Counted from the first letter of the stretch, positions 1 through 9,965 are shown. The stretch: 64,000 nucleotides of DNA from Bacilli bacterium (GCA_017435485.1 JAFSEY010000007.1:51819-115818), one strand, 5' to 3'. Notes: generated from the letters alone by a model not told the origin. Program-made: numbers and translations.

Positions 1-570
1 GAATAATTTATCTACATTTTCAAACTGTAATTCTAAAGGAGATGATATAAGTTCATAATCTTCTTTATTATTATTATAAGTAGCTAAAATCTCCCGATAA
101 GTAGATTTTAATTTCGTAATTGTTTCTCTATTTTTTTCTTCACTTAAAGTTATTTCTTTTATTTCATCCAACAAAAAGTTAGCTTTAGTTCTAATATAAG
201 AAATTTCTAATTCTACACTTGCTATTTTATTTTTTAATTCCTTATAATTTTTCTTATTAAAGATATCTTCAATTTCAATTAAAAGATCAGTTATTTTAGG
301 AACTTCAACATCTTTAATATCTTTAAATCGCTTTTGCCAATTTTCTAATTTTTGTTGCATAACATCATTATTAATTAAAGCTTCCACCTTATTAAGCTCT
401 GTTAAAATGGATGCATTAACAATAAGATTTTTATCACGTTCTAAAGAAGATATTTCATTTAAATACTTTTGTCTACTTTTTTTATTAATAAAATTTAAAA
501 CTACGATAATTATTCCAATAGTAATTAAATAACCTAACACACCTAAAGATATTATTATTGTTCTACTCAT
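1..570 (-). CDS. ezrA: Septation ring formation regulator EzrA, N-terminal part (gene continues past the left edge)
   Basis: Reverse-strand ORF starts at ATG 570 with SD AAGGATGG upstream. It encodes an N-terminal TM helix (IIISLGVLGYLITIGIIIVVL) followed by a coiled-coil region, closely resembling the B. subtilis EzrA N-terminus. Confidence 0.55.
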   Translation of the reverse strand, partial: MSRTIIISLGVLGYLITIGIIIVVLNFINKKSRQKYLNEISSLERDKNLIVNASILTELNKVEALINNDVMQQKLENWQKRFKDIKDVEVPKITDLLIEIEDIFNKKNYKELKNKIASVELEISYIRTKANFLLDEIKEITLSEEKNRETITKLKSTYREILATYNNNKEDYELISSPLELQFENVDKLF

Positions 571-700
571 AAATACCATCCTTATTTTCATTATTTATTT
601 TATCATGATTAATCTTCATTTAAAAGAGAAAATAGCAATAAAATAAGTATATTTTTTCAACCACATTACTATACTTTAATAGAGTTACAAGGAGGAATTT

Positions 701-1207
701 ATGATAAACAAACAAAATTTATGGTTTATTACTTTATTTTCACTTATTTTAGTATTAAGTATTTATTATGTGACGATGATTGATACTAATGAAACATTAG
801 CAACTATATCTGAAAATATAAGTAGCAATGAAGATGAAAAAACATCTGTTGAAGTTGATGATTCAAGTGTCTTGGTAGCTTTAAGAGTAGCTGAAGATGA
901 AAATGTTTTAGCCAAAATGGAAGAATTGCAAACCATCTTATTAGATGAAACGGCTACGGCACAAGAAAAAAATGAAGCATATGAATCATTACAAGCATTA
1001 AATAGCACTAAAGGAAAAGAACAGGAAATTGAAAAACTAATTCAAGAAGAATTTTCTTTAAATTCCTTTGTAAAAATTACGGAAGATAAAATATCTATTA
1101 CTATTGCTTCTAATGATCACTCTGCAAAGATTGCTAATGACATCATTTTAAAAGTACAAAGTTTATACGAAAATAGAATGTATATTACAATAAAATTCCA
1201 AAAATAA
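701..1207 (+). CDS. spoIIIAH: Stage III sporulation protein AH (SpoIIIAH, YscJ/FliF-like)
   Basis: 168 aa with one N-terminal TM (LWFITLFSLILVLSIYYV). Clear similarity to B. subtilis SpoIIIAH at the N-terminus and at the C-terminal block KISITIASNDHSAKIANDIILKV. Strong SD caaGGAGGaattt precedes the ATG. Confidence 0.7.
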   Translation: MINKQNLWFITLFSLILVLSIYYVTMIDTNETLATISENISSNEDEKTSVEVDDSSVLVALRVAEDENVLAKMEELQTILLDETATAQEKNEAYESLQALNSTKGKEQEIEKLIQEEFSLNSFVKITEDKISITIASNDHSAKIANDIILKVQSLYENRMYITIKFQK

Positions 1208-1218
1208 AGGAAATAATT

Positions 1219-1247
1219 ACACTTTCTTTTTCCTTATTCATAAAATA
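1219..1247 (+). promoter_or_regulatory. Putative sigma-K type promoter for gerE (AC -16 bp- CATAAAATA)
   Basis: AC at 1221-1222, then a 16-nt spacer, then CATAAAATA at 1239-1247. This matches the sigK consensus AC-N16/17-CATAnnnTA, and gerE is a classical sigK-dependent gene. Confidence 0.3.
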
Positions 1248-1283
1248 ATATGAAGAATAGGAAAATATAGGAAGTGAGGAAAC

Positions 1284-1490
1284 ATGAAAAAAAGTATTTT
1301 AACTTCAAGAGAAAAAGAAGTATTTAAATTATTAGTATTAAATAAATCTACAAAAGAAATATCAGAATCGTTAAATATAAGTGAAAAAACAGTAAGAAAT
1401 CATATCTCTAATGCTATGCAAAAACTAGGAGTCATAGGACGTGCCCAAGCGGTAGTTGAATTAATTAAACTTGGTGAAATAACAATATAA
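1284..1490 (+). CDS. gerE: LuxR-family sporulation transcription regulator GerE
   Basis: 68 aa, almost colinear with B. subtilis GerE (LTSREKEVFKLLV..TKEISESLNISEKTVRNHISNAMQKLGV.GRAQAVVEL). Confidence 0.85.
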   Translation: MKKSILTSREKEVFKLLVLNKSTKEISESLNISEKTVRNHISNAMQKLGVIGRAQAVVELIKLGEITI

Positions 1491-1496
1491 TTTTAA

Positions 1497-1526
1497 GCTT
1501 CTTAGTAAGGAGCTTTTTTTGTACTA
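1497..1526 (+). terminator. Rho-independent terminator after gerE
   Basis: AAGCTTCTT-AGT-AAGGAGCTT hairpin (9 bp with one G-U pair) followed by TTTTTTT. Confidence 0.6.
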
Positions 1527-1565
1527 TTTTTTTATTAAGTAAATATAATTAACTAAGGTGGTAAA

Positions 1566-2510
1566 ATGATAAAAAGAAGCGCTTTAAGAAAAATTTGTAT
1601 TTCGACACTGGCCTTAGTAATATTAGGAATTATTTGTGTTTTTCCGGATGCCTATACTCCAAATAAAGTCGAAGAGTCTATTTCTTATACGGAGGCAGAA
1701 AAAAGTGTCATCTATTTACTAGATAAAAATAATTATGTTGCCAGAACTAATGTTATTAAAAAAAACACTGAGACAACAAAATTAATTAAGGAAATAATTA
1801 GTTATTTAATAATTGATAGTGATACAAAAGATTATATCCCAGGTGGTTTTAATTCTTTGATACCAAAAGACACAAAGATATTAAGTATGGATTTAAAAGA
1901 TGGTTTATTGAAAATTAATTTTTCTAAAGAATTTTTAAATATATCTTTAAAACATGAAAATGCAATGATCGAATCAATCGTATTTTCTTTAACAGAAATT
2001 GATGACATTAACCAAATTATGATATTTGTAGAAAATGAAAACTTAACCGAATTACCAAATAGCAAGAAAAAACTCCCTTTAATATTAGATCGAAATTTTG
2101 GCATAAATAAAGTATATGATATAAAAAGTATTAAGGAAACATGTAAAGTTACGTCTTATTATCTTGCTAAAGATGAAAATAATGATTATTATTACGTTCC
2201 AGTTACGACAGTAACCAACAATGATAAAGAAAAAGTGGAAATTATTATTGAACAATTAAAAACCGCTCCAATTTATCAAACTAATTTAATTAGTTTTTTA
2301 CAGGCTAATGCTGAGCTTCTAGATTATGAAATTTTAGAAAATAAAATATCTCTAAGCTTTAATAATTATTTATTTGATGATTTCAATGATAAAACCATTT
2401 TAGAAGAAGTAAAATATGCTATATCCTATTCTATTAGCGATACTTACGGGATAGATATGGTAAGTTATTTGGTTGAAAACGAAAAAATAGATGAATTAAT
2501 TTTAACTTAA
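1566..2510 (+). CDS. gerM: GerM-like sporulation/germination lipoprotein (two GerMN domains)
   Basis: Signal/anchor N-terminus followed by two tandem GerMN-like domains (VIYLLDKNNYV...IPGGFNSLIPKDTKILSMDLKDGLLKINFSKEF...IESIVFSLTEI..., then a second copy). Confidence 0.55.
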   Translation: MIKRSALRKICISTLALVILGIICVFPDAYTPNKVEESISYTEAEKSVIYLLDKNNYVARTNVIKKNTETTKLIKEIISYLIIDSDTKDYIPGGFNSLIPKDTKILSMDLKDGLLKINFSKEFLNISLKHENAMIESIVFSLTEIDDINQIMIFVENENLTELPNSKKKLPLILDRNFGINKVYDIKSIKETCKVTSYYLAKDENNDYYYVPVTTVTNNDKEKVEIIIEQLKTAPIYQTNLISFLQANAELLDYEILENKISLSFNNYLFDDFNDKTILEEVKYAISYSISDTYGIDMVSYLVENEKIDELILT

Positions 2511-2715
2511 TCCATCTATTTTTTACCCGCCAGCAATCTACTATTTGTAATGTTTTTGCTGTTGCTATTATACATTTTTGATTTTAAGATAAAAGAAAAC
2601 ATCACCTAACCAAGTTGGATGATGCCCATATTTTAAGGCAACACTCAACATAGCAAAATTAAGTTTTCCATTTTTATTATATTCAAGTTGCCTTGACATA
2701 TTCATTTTAACATAA

Positions 2716-2745
2716 AAACGACTTGTTATCAAGTCGTTAATATTT
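2716..2745 (-). terminator. Terminator downstream of tRNA-Arg
   Basis: ACGACTTG-TTAT-CAAGTCGT, an 8-bp hairpin followed by a U-run on the minus strand. Confidence 0.5.
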
Positions 2746-2749
2746 TATA

Positions 2750-2826
2750 TGGTGTCCCCGAAGTGATTCGAACACTTGACCGTACGCTTAGAAGGCGTAT
2801 GCTCTATCCAGCTGAGCTACGGGGAC
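2750..2826 (-). tRNA. tRNA-Arg (anticodon TCT), with encoded CCA
   Basis: Reverse complement folds as a cloverleaf: acceptor GTCCCCG/CGGGGAC, D-stem GCTC/GAGC, anticodon stem TACGC/GCGTA with loop CTTCTAA, T-stem AAGTG/CACTT, T-loop TTCGAATC, and a 3' ACCA. Confidence 0.85.
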
Positions 2827-2862
2827 ATCTAAAATGAATTATACTACAAATTCATTTTATAA

Positions 2863-3423
2863 TCAAGCCCTACTTGAATATTTTCCATCTTTAGTTGAAA
2901 TAATGATTCTTTCTCCTTCAGTAATAAATAAAGGAACTTTTACAACATAACCAGTTTCAATTTTAGCATCTTTTAAGGCATTATTAGTAGTATTACCTTT
3001 TACAGCTGGTTCAGTTTCAACTATTTCAAATTCAATTTTTTCAGGTAGAGTTATACCAATTATTTCCCCATTGTAATAATCGATTGTAATTTCTAATCCT
3101 TCTTTAATGAAGTTCTTTTCATTTTGTAATCTAGATACTGGTACTTCAACTTGATCATATGTTGAAGTATTCATAAATACATAATTGTCTCCACTAGCAT
3201 ATAAAAATTGCATTGGAGTTTTATCGATATGAGCTCTTTCAATTTTAATATTTGTATTAAAAGTATCTTCAGTAATTGATCCTGTACGTAAGTTTTTTAA
3301 TTTAATTCTTACAAAAGCAGGGCCTTTCCCTGGTTTTACATGTTGGAATTCTTGAATTAAATAAAGATTTCCATCCATAGTAATAGTCATACCATTTTTA
3401 ATATCATTAATATTTATATTCAT
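2863..3423 (-). CDS. efp: Translation elongation factor P
   Basis: 186 aa, full-length match to EF-P (KPGKGPAFVRIKLKNLRTG...). Confidence 0.9.
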   Translation of the reverse strand: MNININDIKNGMTITMDGNLYLIQEFQHVKPGKGPAFVRIKLKNLRTGSITEDTFNTNIKIERAHIDKTPMQFLYASGDNYVFMNTSTYDQVEVPVSRLQNEKNFIKEGLEITIDYYNGEIIGITLPEKIEFEIVETEPAVKGNTTNNALKDAKIETGYVVKVPLFITEGERIIISTKDGKYSSRA

Positions 3424-3431
3424 TATAAAAC

Positions 3432-3623
3432 CTACTTCCCACTTGTTTTTCTATGAGTATTCACTTTTATTCTTGTTCTAGTCATTGGTTTTGACATAGG
3501 ACCTAAACTTTTTGAATTATTTGTTTTTGCGCTAACAGCAGTTTTAACAATACTAGCATTAGGATTAGATCCTAAAATATTATAAATACACTTACTAGCA
3601 CCTGTATTTTTGGTCTTCTTCAT
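3432..3623 (-). CDS. Small, very basic hypothetical protein (63 aa, pI >11) between rpmG and efp
   Basis: The ORF exactly fills the rpmG-efp gap. SD AAGGAA lies 6 nt upstream and overlaps the rpmG stop. Lys/Arg/Thr-rich like a ribosomal or RNA-binding protein, but I could not match it to L28, L32 or L35. Confidence 0.3.
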   Translation of the reverse strand: MKKTKNTGASKCIYNILGSNPNASIVKTAVSAKTNNSKSLGPMSKPMTRTRIKVNTHRKTSGK

Positions 3624-3631
3624 ATTATTCC

Positions 3632-3796
3632 TTATTTCTTTTCTTTAGCTACGGTAGTTTTTTTACAATTTTTACAATATTTTTTTACCTCTAAACGATC
3701 TGGAGTATTCTTTTTATTTTTACTAGTTGGGCGAATTTCATTTCCACATACAGTACACTTCATTGTTACAAAGTTACGATTTTCGTTTTTTGCCAT
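3632..3796 (-). CDS. rpmG: 50S ribosomal protein L33
   Basis: Not in the ORF track because it is under 60 aa. Reverse translation gives MAKNENRNFVTMKCTVCGNEIRPTSKNKKNTPDRLEVKKYCKNCKKTTVAKEKK (54 aa), with the CxxC...CxxC zinc ribbon and the L33 consensus. Confidence 0.85.
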   Translation of the reverse strand: MAKNENRNFVTMKCTVCGNEIRPTSKNKKNTPDRLEVKKYCKNCKKTTVAKEKK

Positions 3797-3843
3797 ATTT
3801 CTAACCTCCTTTAAAAGTCCATATGTATTATACCAAATAATAT

Positions 3844-5796
3844 CTAATTTTCAAACAAAAAATCAGTAATACTTTTAGATATATGTCTATTTACCCTACT
3901 AATATATTCATCATCAGTGCTATAATTACTTATATTAGGAGAAATTAAGACGATACTATACATGGGATTTTCATATGGAAAAAAGCCGACAAAGGAAGTT
4001 GTAATCGTTTTAGCATCAACTATTCCATCTAAATCGCTATCATAAAAAGTTTCGCTTGTACCAGTTTTTCCGGCACTATTTACATTGGAAGAAAAATAAC
4101 CTCTTCCTGTTCCTTTGGTGGTAACTAAATTAAATCCAGTTCTAATCCTTTCCATATATTTATCTTCTAAATTAACTATATTTTTAGCTAAATAATTATT
4201 TTTTAAAACTATTTTCTCATCATTTTTTATTTCTTTCATTAAAGCGGGAGCATACACTGTTCCACTATTAGCAACAGCATTTATATAACTAGATAATTGG
4301 ATTGGCGTATAAGTATCATATTGACCAATTGATAAATTTAAAAATAAATCATCAGCAACGGTTTTGCCTGTAATTCCTAACTCTTCATTTGGTAGGTCAA
4401 TTCCACTTAAAGTTCCTAGTCCAAATTCTTTAAATGTATCTCGGTATATTTTAAAATGATCACTCGTAGCATTAAGTTTCATATTATATTTATATTTTTG
4501 ATTAGTTAGCCCTATAGCAATTTGGAATTGATAATAATTGGATGATTCTTTTAAAGCATTAACATCATCTACTACTCCTAACGATTTATAAGAACATTTT
4601 TCTGGAGTTAGATATAATTTAACACAAGCATCTTTCATCTTTGTCCCAATATCAATGATATTATTTTTGTAGCCAACACTTATCGAAGCAGCTTTTACAA
4701 CAGATCCAACAGTATATGAAGTATTTATAATGTTGCTAGTAACTTCTTGCCATGAATCATTTCCTATATATCTTTTTCCAGCTATAGCAATAATTCCCCC
4801 AGTATTAGGATCACTTATCACTGCATATGTTTCCTTAAAATATTCTGTATTTTTTTCTTGTTTGGCCTTTAATATTTTTTCTTCTAAAACCTTTTCTAAT
4901 TCTAATTGAACGTCTATATCAATATTCAAAACTAAATCATTTCCCCTTTTAGCTTCCTCCACTAGTTTTAAAGAATTATCACTTTGAACAATATATTTAG
5001 CATTTTCCCCTTTTAAATATTCTTCATACTGCTGTTCTAAATAACTAGTCCCAACTAAGTCGGTTATATTATAATCGTTACTCAAATAATATTCTTTGTT
5101 TTCCTTGGTAATCTTACCTACACTTCCTAAAATACTTTTTAGAGTTTCACCATAAGGATATGTTCTTTGCCAAGTTATTTCTCCAAATACTCCCGGGATA
5201 TTTTCTTCTAATATATTGGCATAATCTTTATCAGATACGTTTGAAGCAATTACTTTATTTTCATAACTATATCCTTCTTGCATCTTTGCATATATTAAAC
5301 TAGTTTTTCTTTCTTCTTCCGTTAAAGAATTTAAAATATTATCAGTAATTCGCTCTAATTTTAATTTTTTTATCTCTTCTAAAGTAATTTTTCTTTCTTC
5401 TAACATTTGATATTCTTCGTCAGTTATTAATTTTTTGGCTTCATCGGGATATTTAGCTAAATAATATTCTTTTAAAATAACATCACTTATTTCTTCTTCT
5501 AATTCTAAATTTTTGGCTAGCTTATGAGCAATTTCTAATTCTTCACTAGTAGTAACATCATCTAGTTTATGGTAGGAAATTGTTTTAACGCCAACATTAT
5601 CGACAATAACTCGACCCTTACTATCTAAAATTTTACCTCTCGGAGCCGAAGCGCCATAAATATATATTTCCGTTTTTTCTTTTAATAATTTTTCATAATG
5701 ATCTTTATCTACAAACATTAACTGCGTTAAACGAAAAACAACTACAATAAAAAATAAACTGACTACTAGATATAAAAAAATATTGCGTTTAGTCAT
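3844..5796 (-). CDS. Class B penicillin-binding protein (transpeptidase), membrane anchored
   Basis: N-terminal TM, then SxxK (SVVK), SxN (SSN) and KTGT (AGKTGTSE) motifs in the correct order. Confidence 0.8.
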   Translation of the reverse strand: MTKRNIFLYLVVSLFFIVVVFRLTQLMFVDKDHYEKLLKEKTEIYIYGASAPRGKILDSKGRVIVDNVGVKTISYHKLDDVTTSEELEIAHKLAKNLELEEEISDVILKEYYLAKYPDEAKKLITDEEYQMLEERKITLEEIKKLKLERITDNILNSLTEEERKTSLIYAKMQEGYSYENKVIASNVSDKDYANILEENIPGVFGEITWQRTYPYGETLKSILGSVGKITKENKEYYLSNDYNITDLVGTSYLEQQYEEYLKGENAKYIVQSDNSLKLVEEAKRGNDLVLNIDIDVQLELEKVLEEKILKAKQEKNTEYFKETYAVISDPNTGGIIAIAGKRYIGNDSWQEVTSNIINTSYTVGSVVKAASISVGYKNNIIDIGTKMKDACVKLYLTPEKCSYKSLGVVDDVNALKESSNYYQFQIAIGLTNQKYKYNMKLNATSDHFKIYRDTFKEFGLGTLSGIDLPNEELGITGKTVADDLFLNLSIGQYDTYTPIQLSSYINAVANSGTVYAPALMKEIKNDEKIVLKNNYLAKNIVNLEDKYMERIRTGFNLVTTKGTGRGYFSSNVNSAGKTGTSETFYDSDLDGIVDAKTITTSFVGFFPYENPMYSIVLISPNISNYSTDDEYISRVNRHISKSITDFLFEN

Positions 5797-5860
5797 TTTT
5801 CTTCACCCTTAATAGTATTCAACTAAAAATTTAAATCATACAATATTATAGGTGAAGATT

Positions 5861-6121
5861 ATGTTTAATTTAATTGAAAAATATATGAATAAGATGACTG
5901 TTAATGATGTAAATAATTTTGCAATAAGCAAAGGAGTTAATTTAAATAATGAAGAATTACAATTTACTTATGACTTTATTAAGAAGAATTATAAAACTAT
6001 ATTAGGAAATCCTTCATTATTAAATTTAGATTTATACAAAAATAAATTTAGTCCAGAAAACTTTGAAAAAGTTAAAAAAATACTTAATGAATATTACACT
6101 AAGTATCAAAGATTTTTATAA
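5861..6121 (+). CDS. Hypothetical small protein (DUF2624-like?)
   Basis: The track ORF starts at GTG 5852. ATG 5861 is the better start (SD AGGTGA 5 nt upstream). No confident family assignment. Confidence 0.3.
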   Translation: MFNLIEKYMNKMTVNDVNNFAISKGVNLNNEELQFTYDFIKKNYKTILGNPSLLNLDLYKNKFSPENFEKVKKILNEYYTKYQRFL

Positions 6122-6143
6122 ATGCTTTAATAGCATTTTTTTA
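6121..6143. terminator. Bidirectional terminator between convergent genes
   Basis: AATGCT-TTAAT-AGCATT hairpin followed by TTTTTTT, with A-rich sequence on the other side. Confidence 0.55.
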
Positions 6144-6788
6144 TTGATTATTATTTTCATCAACATTAACTTGACCTAGTTCTAAATTTACTTTAGTTTC
6201 AATTTTTAAATTAGGTGTCGTGATATTAATTTGACTAATTAGATATGTTTCTTCGTTATTAATTGTTTGGTTTTCAGTAATCACTTCATATTCTGTAGTT
6301 CCATCAGAAGTTATTTCTGTATACTTATAACTTTTTTTATCTTCATTTTCATTTTGTAAAACTAAATTATTAGCAAATTTAACTATGTATAGCGGATCTT
6401 TTATTCCTTCAAACAAATATGTATCCATTGGTTCTTCATGATCGATAAAAGTTTTGTAGCAAAGACTATTTTCACACCGATAGCTGATTACCTCCGTAGC
6501 AGTTGTTAGGTATCCAGTATGTTTATTACTTGCATATGTTCCATCAAGGATTATTTTAGTATCATTTTCTGTGATAGTTATTTCATAATTAATAGCATTA
6601 CTTGTTTCTTGATAATCCTTTAGTAGTTCTTGAATAGTTATTTCTTTACTATCTTGTTTTTGTTCTTCACTTGTTTTTTGGGTATTATTACCAAGTGAAG
6701 ATAGAATAAATATAAATATAATAAATATCATCCAAAGTCCTAAAATAATCATTGAACGATATCTTTTGTTTTCCCATATTTCTTTCAT
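6141..6788 (-). CDS. Hypothetical membrane-anchored protein
   Basis: 215 aa with a single N-terminal TM (MIILGLWMIFIIFIFILSSL). No recognisable domain. Confidence 0.3.
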   Translation of the reverse strand: MKEIWENKRYRSMIILGLWMIFIIFIFILSSLGNNTQKTSEEQKQDSKEITIQELLKDYQETSNAINYEITITENDTKIILDGTYASNKHTGYLTTATEVISYRCENSLCYKTFIDHEEPMDTYLFEGIKDPLYIVKFANNLVLQNENEDKKSYKYTEITSDGTTEYEVITENQTINNEETYLISQINITTPNLKIETKVNLELGQVNVDENNNQ

Positions 6789-6796
6789 ATTATCAC

Positions 6797-7723
6797 CTAA
6801 TTTACTTTCTTATTCTTTAAACTTTCTTTATTAATCCCATTTAAATAGTCTTTAACATTCATTTCTTTTTTACCAAAAGGTTTTATTTTCTTTAAATAAA
6901 TTAAACCATCTTGACAGGAAATTGCTAAATTATTTTTATCAACGATAGTTATATAACTTGGTTCGGTTACGTTATTTTCAACAAAACTTGCTTCTAAAAC
7001 TTTAGTTTCAGCATCATCTAATTTAAAATAAGCCATCGGATAAGTTCCTCTAATTTTGTTTATGATATTTTTTCCGATATCATTAAAATTAATAAGTTCA
7101 TCTTCTCTTTTGACTAAATTAGCATAGGTAGATAAGCTATCATCTTGTTTAATACTTTCGTTAGTTTCATTAAGTATCCTCGGAATTGTTTCTATTAATA
7201 AATTTGCACCAAGATTTGCTAATTTTAATGATAAAGTTTCAACGTTGTCTTCATCTTCTATCTTTAAAGACTTTTTACTAATCATATTTCCAGTATCTAA
7301 AGATTCGTCCATATACATGATTGTTATTCCGGTTTCTTCTTCTCCATTAATTAGAGCATGATGAATTGGGGCTGCACCTCTTAATTTAGGAAGTAAAGAG
7401 GCATGAACATTAATACAACCATATTTAGGACATTCTAACACTTCTTTAGGAACAATTTGCCCATAAGCGCAAGTTATGATTAAATCTGGTTGTAAGTCAA
7501 TTATCTTTTGATAATCATTTCTTATCTTTAATGGTTGAAATACTTCAATATTATTTTCTAAAGCTAACTTTTTGACTGGACAAGGTGTAAGTAAGCGTTT
7601 TCTGCCAACTTCTTTATCCGGCTGAGTTATAACCAAATCTACTTGGTAATTTTCGATTAATTTTTCTAAAACTATTTGAGCAAATAGAGGTGTTCCCATA
7701 TAAGCAATTCTTATTTTATTCAT
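6797..7723 (-). CDS. fmt: Methionyl-tRNA formyltransferase
   Basis: Fmt N-terminal formyltransferase core (IAYMGTP.FA..L, HASLLPKLRGAAPI) plus C-terminal domain. Start set at MNKIRIAY (ATG 7723, SD AAGGATGA), not the track start 7732. Confidence 0.85.
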   Translation of the reverse strand: MNKIRIAYMGTPLFAQIVLEKLIENYQVDLVITQPDKEVGRKRLLTPCPVKKLALENNIEVFQPLKIRNDYQKIIDLQPDLIITCAYGQIVPKEVLECPKYGCINVHASLLPKLRGAAPIHHALINGEEETGITIMYMDESLDTGNMISKKSLKIEDEDNVETLSLKLANLGANLLIETIPRILNETNESIKQDDSLSTYANLVKREDELINFNDIGKNIINKIRGTYPMAYFKLDDAETKVLEASFVENNVTEPSYITIVDKNNLAISCQDGLIYLKKIKPFGKKEMNVKDYLNGINKESLKNKKVN

Positions 7724-7766
7724 TAAAATCATCCTTTATTTTATGTTTAAAGTATATCATAGCCTT

Positions 7767-9965
7767 TTAGACTTTTAAAGGATTATTGTCTATCTCTAAA
7801 TATACTTTCTTATTGGTAATAAATATTTGTTCTAAATTTTTTAAAGCTTTTTCTAATTGATCATCTTTTTGATATTTTATGATTATTTGAAAACGATAAG
7901 TATTATTTATTCTAAAAACATTAGCTGTTGTTGGTCCTAGAATTATTGTACTTTTTTGTAATTTTTTTTCTAAGAAACTTTTAACTTTAGTTGCTTCTTT
8001 GCTAGCTAATTCATATTCGGGCGAAATTATTTTGATACTTGTCAAAAAATAGTAAGGCGGATATTTTAATTTTTTTCGAATAATCATTTCATTTTGATAA
8101 AAAGATTCATAATCATGATTTTTGACATTTTCAAAAATGTAATTATCAGGATTAAATGTTTGAATAATAACATTTCCTTTTAAACCACTTCTTCCTGCTC
8201 TTCCTGCTACTTGATCTAGTAATTCAAAGGTTCTTTCACTACTTCTAAAATCAGGAATATTTAGGGAAGCATCAGCATTTATTACTCCAACTAAAGTTAC
8301 TAAAGGAAAGTCTAATCCTTTACTAATCATTTGCGTACCAATTAAAATGTCATATTCATGATTTTTAAAAGCATTAATAATTTTTTCATGACTACCTTTA
8401 TTGGCCGTTGTATCTGTATCCATTCTTAATATTTTTGCATTAGGAAATTCTTTTTTAAAAATATCTTCTAATTTTTCCGTTCCTGTGCCTAAAAAACTGA
8501 GCGCTGATTCATGACATTCTGGACATTTATCATCTTTTATAACTGTATAGCCACAATAATGGCATCTTAAACTATCAGAACTTTTATGATAAGTTAGTGA
8601 TATATCACAATATTTACATTTGTAAGTATAACCACAATTATGACAAGTTATGAATGATGAGTATCCCCTTCTATTTAGCAAAATAATGGCTTGTTCATTA
8701 GCATTTAAACATTTATTAATATTATTTTTTAATAACTCACTTATAACAGTGTTACGTTTTTTCATTTCTTCTGCCATATCAACGATTGTTACTTCTGGCA
8801 AAAGAGATTTTCCAATTCTTTTTTTCATGGTATGTAGTGAATAAATACCCGCGTTGGCTTTAGCCATCGATTCTAAAGAAGGAGTTGCTGAACCAAGGAC
8901 TAAAGGGATATTATGATATTTAGCTCTAAATTTAGCTATATCAATCGCATTATATCTTGGCGTAGTATCTTGTTTAAAATTATCAGAATGTTCTTCATCA
9001 ATAATAATAATTCCTAAATTTTTTAAAGGTATAAAGACATTACTTCTTGTTCCTATCATTATTTTAACTTCATTGCGATAAGCTTTTAAATATTCATCAT
9101 ATCTTTCGGCATCAGATAAACTACTATGATAAATTCCAACGATATCGCCAAATCTTTCGTAAAAACGTTTGATTAATTGCGTTGACAATGTTATTTCGGG
9201 AACCAATACTAAAGCTGTTTGATTATTTTTTAAAATAGTTTCAATTAAATTAAAATATACTTCGGTTTTACCAGAAGCGGTTACTCCATATATTAAATGG
9301 GTTTGATACTTATCTTTATCTTTTAAAATATTATTTATGACTAATGATTGTTCTTCCGTTAATGCTACTACACTTTTCATCTTCTCTTTAGGCATTATCC
9401 GGTATTTAGGAATATATTCATAAGTTACCAATTCTTTTTCTGCTAAAGCTTTAACAACATTAACTGGATAATCACGATAAAATATTTGTTCATTAGATTT
9501 TAGTTTTTCTAATAATTCAATTTGTTTCTTCGCTTTTTTATTATTATTTATATATTCTTCGATAATATTTTCCTCTTTATTTAAAATTAATAATTTTTCA
9601 TATTTAGCCATACTCTTTTTATTACTACTAACTTTAAGGCTAGCTGGCACCATTGTCTTAAATGCAGTCGAAAGTGAACAAAGAGTTAAATTTTTTAATT
9701 TTTCCGCTATTTTAAACATTTCATTATCAAAAACAATATCTTCGTTTAATATTTCAATAATCTCTTTTATTTCAAACTGTTCATCATAAGAATCTTTCAA
9801 TTTTAAAACTAAACCATTAATTGATTTATTATTAAAAGGCACCTTGACTTTCATTCCTACTTTAATTTTATCCAATAAAAAAGAAGGTATTTTATAAGTA
9901 AATACTTTATCCAGAGATTTAACTTCATATTCTATCAAAACCTCAGCATAGATATTTTTACCCAT
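7767..9965 (-). CDS. priA: Primosomal protein N' (replication restart helicase PriA)
   Basis: Walker A GVTASGKTEVY, DEEH box and the Cys-rich zinc-binding insert (CHNCGY...CKYC...CHYCGY...CPEC). Confidence 0.85.
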   Translation of the reverse strand: MGKNIYAEVLIEYEVKSLDKVFTYKIPSFLLDKIKVGMKVKVPFNNKSINGLVLKLKDSYDEQFEIKEIIEILNEDIVFDNEMFKIAEKLKNLTLCSLSTAFKTMVPASLKVSSNKKSMAKYEKLLILNKEENIIEEYINNNKKAKKQIELLEKLKSNEQIFYRDYPVNVVKALAEKELVTYEYIPKYRIMPKEKMKSVVALTEEQSLVINNILKDKDKYQTHLIYGVTASGKTEVYFNLIETILKNNQTALVLVPEITLSTQLIKRFYERFGDIVGIYHSSLSDAERYDEYLKAYRNEVKIMIGTRSNVFIPLKNLGIIIIDEEHSDNFKQDTTPRYNAIDIAKFRAKYHNIPLVLGSATPSLESMAKANAGIYSLHTMKKRIGKSLLPEVTIVDMAEEMKKRNTVISELLKNNINKCLNANEQAIILLNRRGYSSFITCHNCGYTYKCKYCDISLTYHKSSDSLRCHYCGYTVIKDDKCPECHESALSFLGTGTEKLEDIFKKEFPNAKILRMDTDTTANKGSHEKIINAFKNHEYDILIGTQMISKGLDFPLVTLVGVINADASLNIPDFRSSERTFELLDQVAGRAGRSGLKGNVIIQTFNPDNYIFENVKNHDYESFYQNEMIIRKKLKYPPYYFLTSIKIISPEYELASKEATKVKSFLEKKLQKSTIILGPTTANVFRINNTYRFQIIIKYQKDDQLEKALKNLEQIFITNKKVYLEIDNNPLKV

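Noticed and set aside
2640-2699. 46-aa minus-strand ORF between gerM and tRNA-Arg
   Set aside because: No SD, it overlaps the tRNA terminator region, and the sequence is not recognisable.
3432-3623. Calling the 63-aa basic ORF ribosomal protein L28, L32 or L35
   Set aside because: Only superficial compositional resemblance. The characteristic motifs (L28 KCxxTGK...GNNVSH, L32 N-terminus, L35 PKMKT) are not present in order.
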